In this document: one piece after another, positions 28,601 to 41,200 of the stretch
Layout: each line of letters opens with the position of its first letter
Numbering within the stretch: position 1 is the stretch's first letter
DNA from: the human T2T-CHM13v2.0 reference genome, Homo sapiens
DNA length: 64,000 nucleotides
Assembly (NCBI RefSeq): GCF_009914755.1
Contig: NC_060941.1
Direction: 5' to 3' (one strand)
Program-made: the position numbers and the translations under genes
Notes under the pieces: model-generated
What the model saw: the letters and a program-made list of their open reading frames with translations, nothing else
The model's database searches: none
What the model was told of the DNA's origin: nothing

Positions 28601-30597
28601 GGCACTGCAGTCGTTCACCTGGAAAGGCGTTCAAGATGCTGGGCCTCTGCTGCTGCATCCCTCCTGACAACTCATCTGAGAATCCCAAATTTGGTCTGAC
28701 TTGAGATGATGAAGTGGAAGGTGGGGAAACCAGAGCCTTTCATGTTGGACCACAGCTTGGCTGGTCGGGGGAAGAAGGTTGACAGGCATTTCTGGGTTTG
28801 ATGGAAATTTCAAATGGGACACAATGACAGGTTGCTTGCTCTTTCTTCTGAGGTCTCTACTGTCTGTCTCCTGTAGATAGTAGGGGTTGTGTCATTTTCA
28901 TCTCTGTGTTCCCAGGGCCTGGCCTGGTAGCTGGTGTACAGAAGGCACTTAATGGGAGGTTTGGGTGAAGGAAAAAAAGCTAATATGGAATTGGGGACCA
29001 GGCAGCCCTGGTTTCAAATCCTGGCTCTGCCACTGATTTGGGTATCTTTTTGGTTCTTCATCTTTTTGGTTCTTGAACGTGCATCTCAGCAATGCTGGTA
29101 AGAATACCTTCCAGTGGAGCTGTTGTAAAGATCAAAAGGGGTATAATGGGCCTGAAAGTTCTCTGTAGAAAAACAAAAAGGCTCCGCCCAGGCAGGGAGT
29201 ATTCCTGCTTATGGCTTGGATCGTGCATAAGCCCTGCAGGAGCTAGGGAGGAAGAGAGTTGCTATTTGGCTGTGGATGTTGAATCTCAGATGTTGTTCCA
29301 TCCAGGACCATGCCTGTGGATCTCTTGTTCATTTACTTAGTGAGCATCTCTAGAACACCTCTTGTATTCCAGGAACCACATCAGGCCTTGGGGATACAGA
29401 CATGAGCCACCCTTTAGGAATCACCCAGTGGGGAGGGTGGCCTGCAGACAGGTACTGGGTGGTGCCAGGCACTGTGGGAGTGCACAGAAGGAAGCTGCCT
29501 GGTGGGCAGTGATGGGGGGATGGTGGTTTTCGGGGCATGGAGAAGTGTTGTGAAATTTCCCCTAGGGACAGTGGTGGCGACAGCAGTGGTATTTAGCAGG
29601 TTGAGACAGATCCCCTAGACTGGCTCCTTGTCTTAGCAGGGCCATGCTAATGCTTTCAGAAAGGCCAGTGGTGCCAGTCCATGCTTCTGGCTACCTGCTG
29701 AGCCCTGCCTATCTGCTCATCATTCCAGCTGTCTTCCACACTGGAACCTCACACCCTCAGGTAGACAACTATGGGCTCTACTAAGAGGCGGGCAGAATTG
29801 TAGAAGAACACTGACCGTGGAGTCAGATTATGCTGGCTGCATACCTACTACATGCCAGGCACTGTGCACAATGAATAATGGAGCTTAGCTTTCACAGAGT
29901 GGATAATTATTAAGACAGAGATGCAGTGACTGAGAGGAGTTAGCATTTGATTCTCCCCAAGAGAACCTGTCAGCCTCAGAGATCTCCCCAAGGCTGGCTC
30001 TCTGATCTGCCCACTGCCAACACATCACCAGACCACACCTAGGAGCATACGGCCAAGACAAGTAGATTAAATAAGAGGAAGCACATTTGTAGTGAGCCAA
30101 GGCTGACTGTGATGAGCACCCACTTGGCTGCCACCAGATGTAGGAAGCAGAACCCAGGAGGAGTTCCCTGCTTTTAGGAGGGCAAGAACCCAGGAAAGAG
30201 TGAGGGAGAATGTGTGGCCACAAACCATCCACAGTCTGCTCCCATTCCCATCTCTGTTGTCCCTACTGCCTATTTCCAACCCTACTGGCATGCTTCCTGC
30301 AGCCCTTCCTGTTCCAGTTCCCAGGCACAGCAGACTGGAGTCAGGGGTGCTCACGGTACAGCAGCCCAGACACTCTGGGATGTGGCTCCGAGGCTGCCAC
30401 GTTCGGTGGAGCACATCTTAGTCTACGTTCGATCACCCATGACATGATGGATTTGAAGTGCCTAGCAGAGGGTACTCACTTGATAAAACTAGCTAATAAT
30501 ATTATTATTAATAGGGATTCTGCACCTGAACTCTGATATCTGAGCTCCTATAGGATGTGATTTCTGGGCTCATGGTTCCTGTTAGAAGTTTCTTTTT

Positions 30598-31568
30598 AAT
30601 ATTTGATGTTTTTTGGTTTTGTTTTTTAATTGACGCATTTATGAGGTATAACATGATGTTTCAATACATGTATACATTGTGCAATGATCAAATCAGGCTA
30701 ATTAACATTTCTACTACCTCACATACTTATCATGTCTTTGTAGTTTAAATATTCTAAATGGAGAACATTTGAAATCCCCTCTTTTAGCAAGTTTGAAATA
30801 TACACTCTTATTAACTATAGTCACCATGCTGTGCAACAGAATACCAGGACTCGTTCCTCCTGTCTAACTGAAACTTTGCACCCTTTGATCAACATCTCCC
30901 CATTCCCTGTCCATCCCCCTGCACTGCCCCAGCCTCTGGTAACCAGCAGTACAAATGACCAACAGATATATAAAAAATGCCCAACATCACAAATCATCGG
31001 AGACATGCAAATTAAAGCCACAAGGAGATATCACCTCTCATCTGTTACAGTGGCCACTACCAAAAAGATGAAAGATAACAAGTATTGGTGAAGACGTAGA
31101 GAAAAGGGAACATGTGTACACTGTTGGTGGGAATGTAAATTAGTACACTCATTTCAGAAAACAGTATGGCACGTCCTCAAAAAACCAAAAATAGAATTAC
31201 CATATGATCCAGTAATCCCACTTTTGGGTTTATAGCTAAAGGAATTAAAATCAATATGCTGAAGAGATGTCTGCACTCCCACTTTCCTTGAAGCACTATT
31301 TACCATAGCCAAGATTCTGAAACAACCAGAGCACCCATCAATGGGTACATGAACTTTAAAAGGTGGTATAGATACGCAATGAAATACTATTCAGCCTTTA
31401 AAAAGAAGGCAGTTCTGTCATTTGCAACAACATAGATAAATCTAGATAAATAAGACATTATGCTAAGTGAAATACGCCAGGCACAGAAAGAGAAATACCA
31501 CATGATCTCACTTATATATGTGGAATCTAAAAAAATTGAACTCAGAGATAGTAGAATGGTGGTTGCCA
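30598..31568 (-). mobile_element. L1MA-type insertion with a 5' inversion (3' part ~30598-30945 on minus; inverted part ~30950-31568 on plus)
   Basis: The two opposite-strand pieces are adjacent in the L1 3' consensus (...gtagaatggtggttgcca / ggttaccagaggctgggg...). Degenerate TSD ttagaagtttcttttt (30582-30597) / ttaaaagctttttttt (31569-31584). Confidence 0.8.
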
Positions 31569-32721
31569 TTAAAAGCTTTTTTTTTAAACAGTTGCTTGCC
31601 TAATCTTGTGATTACAACCCTATTCTTGCTTCTAACTGCTGCATGCTGAATTTACGGGAATACCTGCCTGCTTGGTTTTCCTGTGGCTGTGCCCAGATCC
31701 CTTCGGGAACGTTTCTTGGGCATTCTTGCAAAAGTCTGCATTACTCTGACTGGCTATTTCTGCTCAGGTGAACTTCGCTTTCCCCGCGCCTTCCCAGCTC
31801 CTATCCCATGGGCTTGGGTGGGCTAATTCCTACTGCTGTGAGTGTGCTTTATGCCTGGATGAACAACCCTGAGATCAGACACATGTCACTCCTTGCACCT
31901 GCCTCATTACACACCTGCTGGGAATATCCCTTCTTTCGTGCAGGTGTGGAATGGGAGAAGGAAGAAGAGGGGATCAGAAGTGTGTTGTGTTGTGTTCCTG
32001 GTTAATTTTGCGTTATTCTACAGGGCTGCATTGAAAGCGATGCACCAGTGGAAACCAAATGATAGTTTATGATGTTTACAGAAGAAAAGCACATGTTTCC
32101 ATTAATGGCAGGGCAGAAAACAATCCCAAGGCAGGCTGATTCTAAAAGCTGATCAAGAAAAGGTCAAATAGGTAACGACCCATATGGCACTAAAATCCTC
32201 ATACCACATTCTTACTGAGTTCATGTTTTCTTATTAAAGTCATATTTCAGCTTTTCCAGGAACTGCTCGGAGAATGTCATTGTCTGCTAGTTTTCCCCAC
32301 AGCTGGTCTTGGAGATTGAGTATCATGGAATTTTAGTAGCAAAGCTTACATTATGAGTGTTCAAAGCCATCACAGATTCACAAATGCAGAGAGTTTTCTA
32401 TAGTTTAATCAGATTGCTTTCCTGACATGTGAAATTAGGGCCTGGCTGGGAGATATACAGCATGCATGATGCCACTCTCCTTTCTAGATCTGTAACAGAC
32501 ATAATTGATTGATCACAATGCTCTTTCCCTCTGGGACTCACAATTGTTTTCAGCCCAATAATTTTGGCTGCCACTATGGGTCCTTTGGAGTTGGCAAGTT
32601 AGATAAACACTATTTGCCATTTTTGCACCAGAAGCATATGAGTGCTACTGGTGGTGCCAGTGTCTCTGTAGTAAAAAGCAATGCCTGAAAGTGGGGAAGG
32701 GTTTGAGCAGGTGCCACAGGG

Positions 32722-33249
32722 CAGTGGTCCCCAACCTTTTTGGCACCAGGGACTGGTTTCATGGGAGACAATTTTTACATGGACTGGGGAGAAGGGGGCG
32801 ATGGTTTCGGGATGACTCAAGCACATGACATTTGTTGTGCACTTTATTTCTATTATTATTACATTTTAAAATATAAAGAAATAATTAGGTAACTCACCAT
32901 AATGTAGAATCAGTGGGAGCCCTGAGTTTGTTTTCCTGCAACTAGACAGTCCTATCTGGGGGTGATGGGAGACAGTGACAGATCATCAGGTATTAGATTC
33001 TCTTAAGGGGGGCACAACCTAGATCCCTCACATGCACAGTTCACAATAGGGTTCACGCTCCTGTGAGAATCTAATGCTGCTACTGATCTGAGAGGAGGCT
33101 GAGTCAGGCAGTAATGCAAGCAATGGGGAGTGGCTGTAAACACAGATGAAGCTTGGCTGGCTTGCCCGCCGCTGACCTCCTGCTCTGTGGCCCAGTTCCC
33201 AACAAGCTGGGTTGGTAACAGTCTGTGGCCTGGGGGTTGGGGACCCTTG
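32722..33249. mobile_element. Full-length MER1A (hAT-Charlie non-autonomous DNA transposon)
   Basis: 528 bp. TIRs cagtggtccccaacc / ggttggggacccttg. Perfect 8-bp TSD ccacaggg at 32714-32721 and 33250-33257. Confidence 0.92.
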
Positions 33250-33976
33250 CCACAGGGCAATATGAGGGTCACAACTTGAGGGCTTGGGTAGAAGGGACTC
33301 ATGAGTGACAGAGGCAGAGGTGGTATCTTGCATATTTGACAAATATTTCTTAGACTTGGCCCCTGTACCATAGAAGAGAGAGCATAGGCTTTGGAATCAA
33401 AGCATGAGTTTGCCACTTACTAGCTTTTTAAGTTGGGCTAATATTTATTCAGTATCCTCATGCCTTACTGTCTCATCCTGGGAGACTAGAATCCCAGGGG
33501 AGTGTGGTTTTCATTGTGCCACAGTTCCTTGAATTATGAACTAAATATCAAAGGACCTAAGATGATTAGAGGCTTTCACAATGAAAGACAAAACATTTTT
33601 AGTTCATTCAACATCTAATGAGCAACTATTACATGTCAAACACCGTGCTAGGTCCTGGGAATACAAAGATAAATAAGACATGGACACCAACCTCAGGTAG
33701 TTCATGAGCTATAAGAAATGAAGATAAAACAGCTTAAGATCATCAGGGAGATAAAGCAGCTGTAATATCATCATGGATTCATGCACATTAACTTACAGAA
33801 TGCAACTCTTCAGCGTAATTGCATAAAGCAAGGTCCACCTGTTCCAGCCTATTGTTCTTGTCGAGCTGTGGGCATTCAAGGGCCTGTTTTCTGCTACTGC
33901 TTTCACATCAGTTCACCCTACAGCCTTATCTTTCCTGTCCTCTTCACACCCCTACCTCCCCTCTAGATCCCTGGAA

Positions 33977-34110
33977 CAGGACCAGGACTAGGATGGGGCA
34001 AATGAAGACCTAGGGCATGAAATTTAAGGAAGCAATTATTTCGGGGGTTGCACTTGCATTAACCTGAGTGTGGGTGCCTCCTTAAATTTTGCGTCTTAGT
34101 CCAGCTCCTG
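33977..34110. mobile_element. MER96-like palindromic hAT MITE
   Basis: caggaccaggactagg...aaatttaaggaagca ... tgcctccttaaatttt...tagtccagctcctg has self-complementary arms. Confidence 0.65.
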
Positions 34111-34593
34111 CTCAGGACAAAGTCAGATGAAAACAGGAGGAGAGACAGATGTGATGAAAGGGAGTGACAACTTGTTCTCACAACAAACTTGCAAAATAGA
34201 CACTATTGTCCCATTTACAGATGAGGAAATTGGGGTTCAGGGAAGGTGAGTTACTTGCAGAGGCATCACGGACTCGTGAAGTGCAAGCAGGAAGAGAGAA
34301 AGAGCACAGGCTTTTTTACTGAGATGGATCCAAGTGTGAAGCCCAGTTCTATGGGGCCTGAGTCATGTGACCTTGGGTCAGTTACTTGTTTTCTCTGACC
34401 TGTTTCCTCATCTGAAGAATGTGGATAATAATCCTTCTCAGGGTTACATGGAAACGAAGTCCAGTCTCCTCCACTTTGGTCTCTGTGACTCTACTTTTTC
34501 ATGTGTCGAATGGCCTGGCCACACCTGCCTCACAGAGTTGCCAGGGAGACCATGAGTTCTGAGGGGTTGTCTGAAGGATCAAATGTCAGTTCT

Positions 34594-34932
<339 letters not shown>

Positions 34933-34944
34933 CTACCATTACTC

Positions 34945-35258
<314 letters not shown>

Positions 35259-36514
35259 GCAACCCTACCATTACTCTTGTTGCTAGAGAAGCGGTGGCAG
35301 AATCCATGAGAGGCTAAACAACTCTCTCAACGTCATGCAGCAAGTCAGGGGCAGACGTGGGATCTCGACCCTGGTCTGTCTGATTAAGAAGCCCTGGGAA
35401 CTCTGCCTCCCAGGATGCAGAATGGGGGACAGCAAGAAAAAATATTTCTCAGCAATGGAGCAATACCTAAGATTTGCACTTGAGCATGTTCCATTGTGCC
35501 TGAATATAAATTAGACAAAGTGCAAACCAGCATGTGAAACCTCTTGAGTACCAATTCCGTCCTAGACATGGCAGAGGGACGCCTTGAGACTCTTCAGGGT
35601 GGTCTGGTGGTGCTGCCAATTAATGATATGAGTCTTTGCTCTACCCCCAAATTCAACTGAAGTTTCACAACTCTTTTTCTCAAAGCCAGAGAATTGAGGG
35701 AGACAGCGTTGTGGCTTTCTACAGGTTTAAGTCTTGGTTCTGTTTTGAAAATGTCGCTCTAGTTAGTTTCCTCCTCTCAGTCCTGCCTACCTTCAGCCTG
35801 CAACCGAGTGAGCTGCTCATCTCTTACCTGGTTAACTGCCACAGCCTCCTACAGAGTCTCCCACCCCACTCCCTTCCTCCTCCATTCATTTTCCACATGG
35901 CAGTCAGGGAGATGTTTTTCAAAAGCAAACGCCCCTGCTTAAACCTCTGCAAGGCTGCAAACTTCTTGGTTTTGGGCTGGCATATTGTTGAGAAATCACA
36001 AGACCTGGGCCCCACCCAATTCCTTCTAGCCTCTTCTCTCCTGCACTACATGAGTCAGCTCTGCCCAGCCCTGCCTTTCTCCAAAGACACCATCCTACTT
36101 CATAACTCTGTGCTTTCAGACATGCTGACATCTATGCTCAGAACATGTCCCTGCCTTCATTGAGTTAACTCTTACTCATACTTCATACTCCAGCTAGGGA
36201 ATACTTCCTCCAGAAAGCCTTCCCTGACAACCTACCCACTGCTCGGAATGGCTGACATGCCCTCCTGGGGCTTTGCCAGCACCCTGTGCTCCCCTCCATC
36301 CTGTCACACTGGACAGTCTGCTCACTCCTACTTGAACTTCAAATCTCAGCTGGCTCTTCCAAACCAAGGTCAAGTCTGATGAAGGGAGCCCTTTTCTTGG
36401 TACCACATACTTTTCCTTCAAGCCCCAATTGCTGCATATTTGTGTGTTCAGCTGATTGATGCTTGTCTCTCCACACTAGACTATAAGCTCTAGGCCATCT
36501 TGCTTTTGCTCACT

Positions 36515-36900
36515 TCCTGGGCTCACTGGGAAGCAGAATGGGGATGGAGACTTGCATGCAAGAGGTTTACTGGGCAGTGTCCTTGGGCTCCACACCCACC
36601 GATCACACCCATGCAGGAGGGAAGTTGGCAGGAGAAGTTGAATTTCCATGTAGTTGTAACAGAGGCCTCAGCTGACCTGTGGGGAGTTTTGGAGTGGGGG
36701 TGGCCCTTCAGAGCTGTCCTGGATTGAGGCAAGGTGCCAGAATTTGTATCCCCATTGGATTTGGGGTACCCCTGGGGAAAGGACGGAACTGTGGGTGAGG
36801 TGCCTCTCTAATTTAGAGGGCAATTCCCAGGCTTGGAATTTCCAGAGTGAAGCAATGTCAGCTACCAACACTCACAGTCGGTGAATGCATGAGTGCCTTA
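36515..36900 (-). mobile_element. LTR16-like ERVL LTR
   Basis: ctgggaagcagaatgggatggagacttgcatgcaagaggtttactggg is the reversed LTR16 3' end. Confidence 0.55.
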
Positions 36901-37699
36901 GTTTTTCAAAGGTGGCCATAGTAGTCACCATACTTCCATAATTCCAGTATCTGCCCTTATTCCAGGGACACAGTGAGTGTGCAACAAATGCTGAATCAGT
37001 GAATACGTCCATATATTTTTCTCTCTTTGCTCCATCCCTAAAGAGTGGGACTGTTTCTTATTTATCCAAGTACTCTAGACACAGCTTAGCTTAGCATAGG
37101 CACTCAGTAGAAATTTGTTGAATGATTGAATTAAAAAAGAATGCATGAAAGAGATACTGCTGCAATTTGGTTTATAAAGAAAGATAAATCTGGACACAGC
37201 TCAGCTGTTCAGAGGCTATGTAAAGTGAGTACACCTGTGTGGCCCTGCCCTATAGAGCCAGCATCCCAGAAAGTAGAAAATTTGGCAGGTGGGCAACACC
37301 TCTCACGGCAAACCCCTTCCTGTCCTCAAGGCCCAAGTGGGATGTAGCTGGGAAGAGGTTTGGTAAAGAGGAAATCAGGTCTCCTTCTATTAATGTTGAC
37401 AGTCAATTCTCTGTCTTCTGAAAACAAAAAAAGAAATGGCTGCAGGAACTAGGGGTATTTAGAATAGAAAATAGCCGATTTAGAGAGAATCACGCCTGCT
37501 ATCTGCAAATATTTGAAGGAATATCATTTGGAAAAAAGAACAGACATATTCTTTCTTGTACTGCCATGGAGAATAGTTCTAGGATTTGGGTTGGACATAG
37601 AGAAATAAAATAACAACTAAAGTGTCCAACAATAACCTTTCTTGGGAGATGCACATATTCTGTCATAATAATGGTGTGGGTTACAAAGGTGTATCCCTT

Positions 37700-38262
37700 T
37701 GTGTAGGGTAAACATACCTGGGAACAATAACTTAGGCATGCCCTGAGGATGACCCTGTATGGCAGATGCATCTGAATGTGTGTTCTGAGCTAGAGAATTC
37801 AGGAATGGCCAACCTGGAGACTCATTCCTTGTCTATGAGGAACACCTGAGCCCCTGTCCTGTCCTGTGGGACATGGGCCATACAGGGGATTGGGGACCTG
37901 AGCTTTGGGTTAGATGGAGGTTGTTAGGTGGAGGTCATTAGTGGGAGGGTGTTAAGTGAAAATGCTATGTAAACTGCATGCTGTTTGCAAATGGTCGTGG
38001 TTTTCCTGCCCAGCCCGCCACTGGGCGGCTGAACAGCGGCAGCCACTGGGCTGTTCATAAGGCAGATCAGTTGCCCAGCCTCCCACCACTGGGCTGTTTC
38101 TGTATGTAAGGCAGTTTTCCTGTATAGCCCGTCACACACTGAACTCTCTCCGTATGTAAGCCCCTAGTAAAACCCCGTGTCTCATCTGTGGGCTCTGGGT
38201 GTCTTCTTTAGCCTCTTGAACCTGGTGCCTTCTCTACTGAGGTTAATAGGGGTTCAGCACAA
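37700..38262 (+). mobile_element. ERV solo LTR (subfamily uncertain, LTR32/LTR47-like)
   Basis: TG...CA ends. ggcagatgcatctgaatgtgtgttctgagctag...ggccaacctggaga; internal repeated ccactgggc/gtaaggcag units; agtaaa signal near the 3' end. Confidence 0.7.
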
Positions 38263-41200
38263 AAATTTCCCAAAACAATACAGGTAAGGTTTGTGCAGGT
38301 CAATGTACATGAATTTTTGCAACAACAAAAAAGCGACGTTAAATTCTCCTCTTTTTCTCCTCCTTCTTTTCCTGCTCCCCTTCCTCCCCCTCCTCATCTT
38401 CAGGTAAAGGATAGAAGTGGGCATAGGTACAGAGGAAACAAGAATGGCAAAATGTTAATATTGTAGGACTTGGGTGATAGGTACAAGGGGTTCATTAAAC
38501 TATTCGATCTAGCTTGTATATGTTTAAATATTTTTCATACCAAAACACATACACGCTAATTATTAAATGAAGATGAAGCAACCACAAACAATTTTGATTG
38601 TCAGTTGAATGGGCTACATTGGAAGGTAGTGAGCTCCCTGTCACTAGAAGTATTTATGCAAATGCTATCTGCATGCTCCTCAACTCCCCAACCCCCCAAG
38701 AGTCTGGGATATTGGAGGATATTGTCAAGAGCAGGGGACTAAGCGGATAACCTTGGCCTGGATCCTCACTTTTTCCTCCTGGAGGGGGGGACTTGGCTGG
38801 AGTCTAGAAGAGACCTGGATTCTCCAGAGCCATGAACTGGAGCCCGAGCTCCTCATTCCAGATCACAGGAGGTGCTGAAGGTGGAGTCAGGGCAGACATC
38901 TAAGGGCCCTAAGCCTGCGGAGAGGGGAGTGGAGCGAGATGGGAATCCAAGTCAGAATGAGGAATCACAGATTTGGAACACAGTCTGAGCCAGTGACAAC
39001 ATGAGATTTGGGGTTCAGATCCACATGCCACTGCTTATCAGCTGTGTGTGTGAACCTGAGCAAGGGACTCAAACTCTATGAGCCTCAGTGTTTTCATCTG
39101 TAAAGTGGAAGATAGGATTACCTTACAGGGTTGTTGGAGAATTAAATGAATGTGGGCACCTGGCATAGAGCCTACTATGCTTATTGTGGTTATTATTATT
39201 TACAAAGGGGAGACGAGCCCATGCAAAGACAGGATCCAATGGGCAGAACGGGATAGGACTTGAAGACCTGCTTCAAACGCCAGCTACCACTGGAGGCTCA
39301 TATTTCTGGGATGGCTAAGGGATGAGTGTCTGCATGGCTTAAGCAGGAGGAAAAAAATCTACATAGACCCTTCTATTGATAAAATTTTAGGTTTCTAGAG
39401 GAATCCCAAGCAATTTTTAGGAGTAATTGCTGGGGCTCTCCATGCCCTGGATCCCTCCCCTCTCTCATAAAACTGCATGATGCTGGAAAGCTGTGTGTTC
39501 ATATTGCTAGGACAGTCTGCCACAGCTACCCCCACGACCCCCAGAATCACTCAGCTACAGCCTTGGAGGCCTTGGCTTGTGACCCTATCCTAGCCCCTGA
39601 GCCAGTCCACACAGTGAATCCCACAAGGACAGGCAAGGCATCTTTTTCATCCCTCTCTCTGCAGCTCCTGTCACACCAAGGGTGTCTAACAGCTGCGTGC
39701 AGGGTAAACAGACAGATGCATGAGCTATGTGTGAGGACAGGTGCTTCATGCTCCTGGGAGTCCTGTGAGGCTGGAGGAGGTCATTCTCTCTGGGGCGGCC
39801 TGTCCTCTCCAAGAGGACCATGAGTGGCCATTGTTGGCAGGCAGAGGCCTCTTCATTTCCCTGGCCGGCTCAGGCTACCAGTGTGGCTGCCCCGCTGAAC
39901 ACGCCATACATCACACGCCTAATGGTGCGTTTTAGAACATAAGTGGTAACCACCAAATGGGACCCGAGAAGGGAATTAGAGCCAGACACACAGTGGGGAG
40001 GGGAAAAAAAATCAAGAGTAGCCTCAGAGGAAATGGGGCCAGATACAATCATCCTGAGACAGGAGAAAACCATCTCCCAAGCATCAAGAGGCCAGGGGAG
40101 TTCATTTTATTTAAAATGGGTTCCCTTTATGGAGAGCTGGCCTGGATGCTGGGCACCATCAATGCTACCTGCACTGGGTCTGCCTAGCCTGACCTGGGCC
40201 ACAGCTTTCTGAAATGCTCTGTGACCTCCTTCCAGCCACCTATTCAGGTTTTCATTCAACAAATATTTTGGCACACATACTATGTGGCTCAAGGTTATGT
40301 ACTGTAACATTTAAACTTATGCAATGTGAGCCAAATCGCCTGTCTTTGAATGATGGTTCTGCCCCCAAACTGGGTAGTTAGTGAATTTCCCTTGCTTCAG
40401 TTCTTCCTGGTATTACCCTCCATCTTACAAAGGCTGTCATGATGTTAAGAAATAAAACCGGTTAAGTGTTTAGAATGGCAGTGAGTAGGTCCCCAAGGGT
40501 CCCTGTCCTCCTGGAACACACATTCTAACATTCAAGCAGAGTGAGGTGGCTGGGGGCCAGTTGTTTTCAGGTCCCCCGTGTCCAGTTCAAGGTCTGCACA
40601 CAGTAGGCATTCAGGGCATTTTATGTGAACCAAGCACAGAGCACACACACACAGACTCACACACATGCATGCACGTACATACAGATGCATGTGCGCTCAT
40701 GCACACTTGCGACCTAGAGCCTCTGGTAGAGTCCAATTTCCTGGGTAGGTAGGTGAAGTTTTCCAGACCAGTTTAATGAAAAGGCAGCTATTCCTGGGTC
40801 CTGGCTTTATGCAGGCATCTTGGTTCCAGGGCTGTCTCATGTCTGGCCCTTGGAGTTTCCCTTTTTGTAGAGCTTGGCTCTGCCTTCAAAATTTTAAAAA
40901 TTGTTACGTCCTGCTTTTCTATGTGCATGGAGTGGGAGATAACTTTGTGTTGGCTCAGTCCATTCTGGGGATGGAACTAGAAATCATGAGCTGAATTTTA
41001 ATTTTACTTGCTCATGTCCTACCTTGTTTCTCAAAGTTTTTGAGGTCGTTTATATAGACAGATGAACAATAAATGGTTTCTACCCTCAAGGATTGTATAG
41101 TCTCTTCTGAGGGTAAAGTGTGTAAGCAAACGGCTACAATAAACAACAGCAGAAAGAAATGCATGGTAAATGGAGGAATCAGTTAAACACGGGGAGAGAC

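Noticed and set aside
30831-31091. ORF containing L1 ORF2 C-terminal-like peptide
   Set aside because: A chance fusion across the inversion junction of a dead L1.
35636-36163. Longest ORF in the track (175 aa)
   Set aside because: Non-ATG start, overlaps L2-like sequence and has no recognisable domain.
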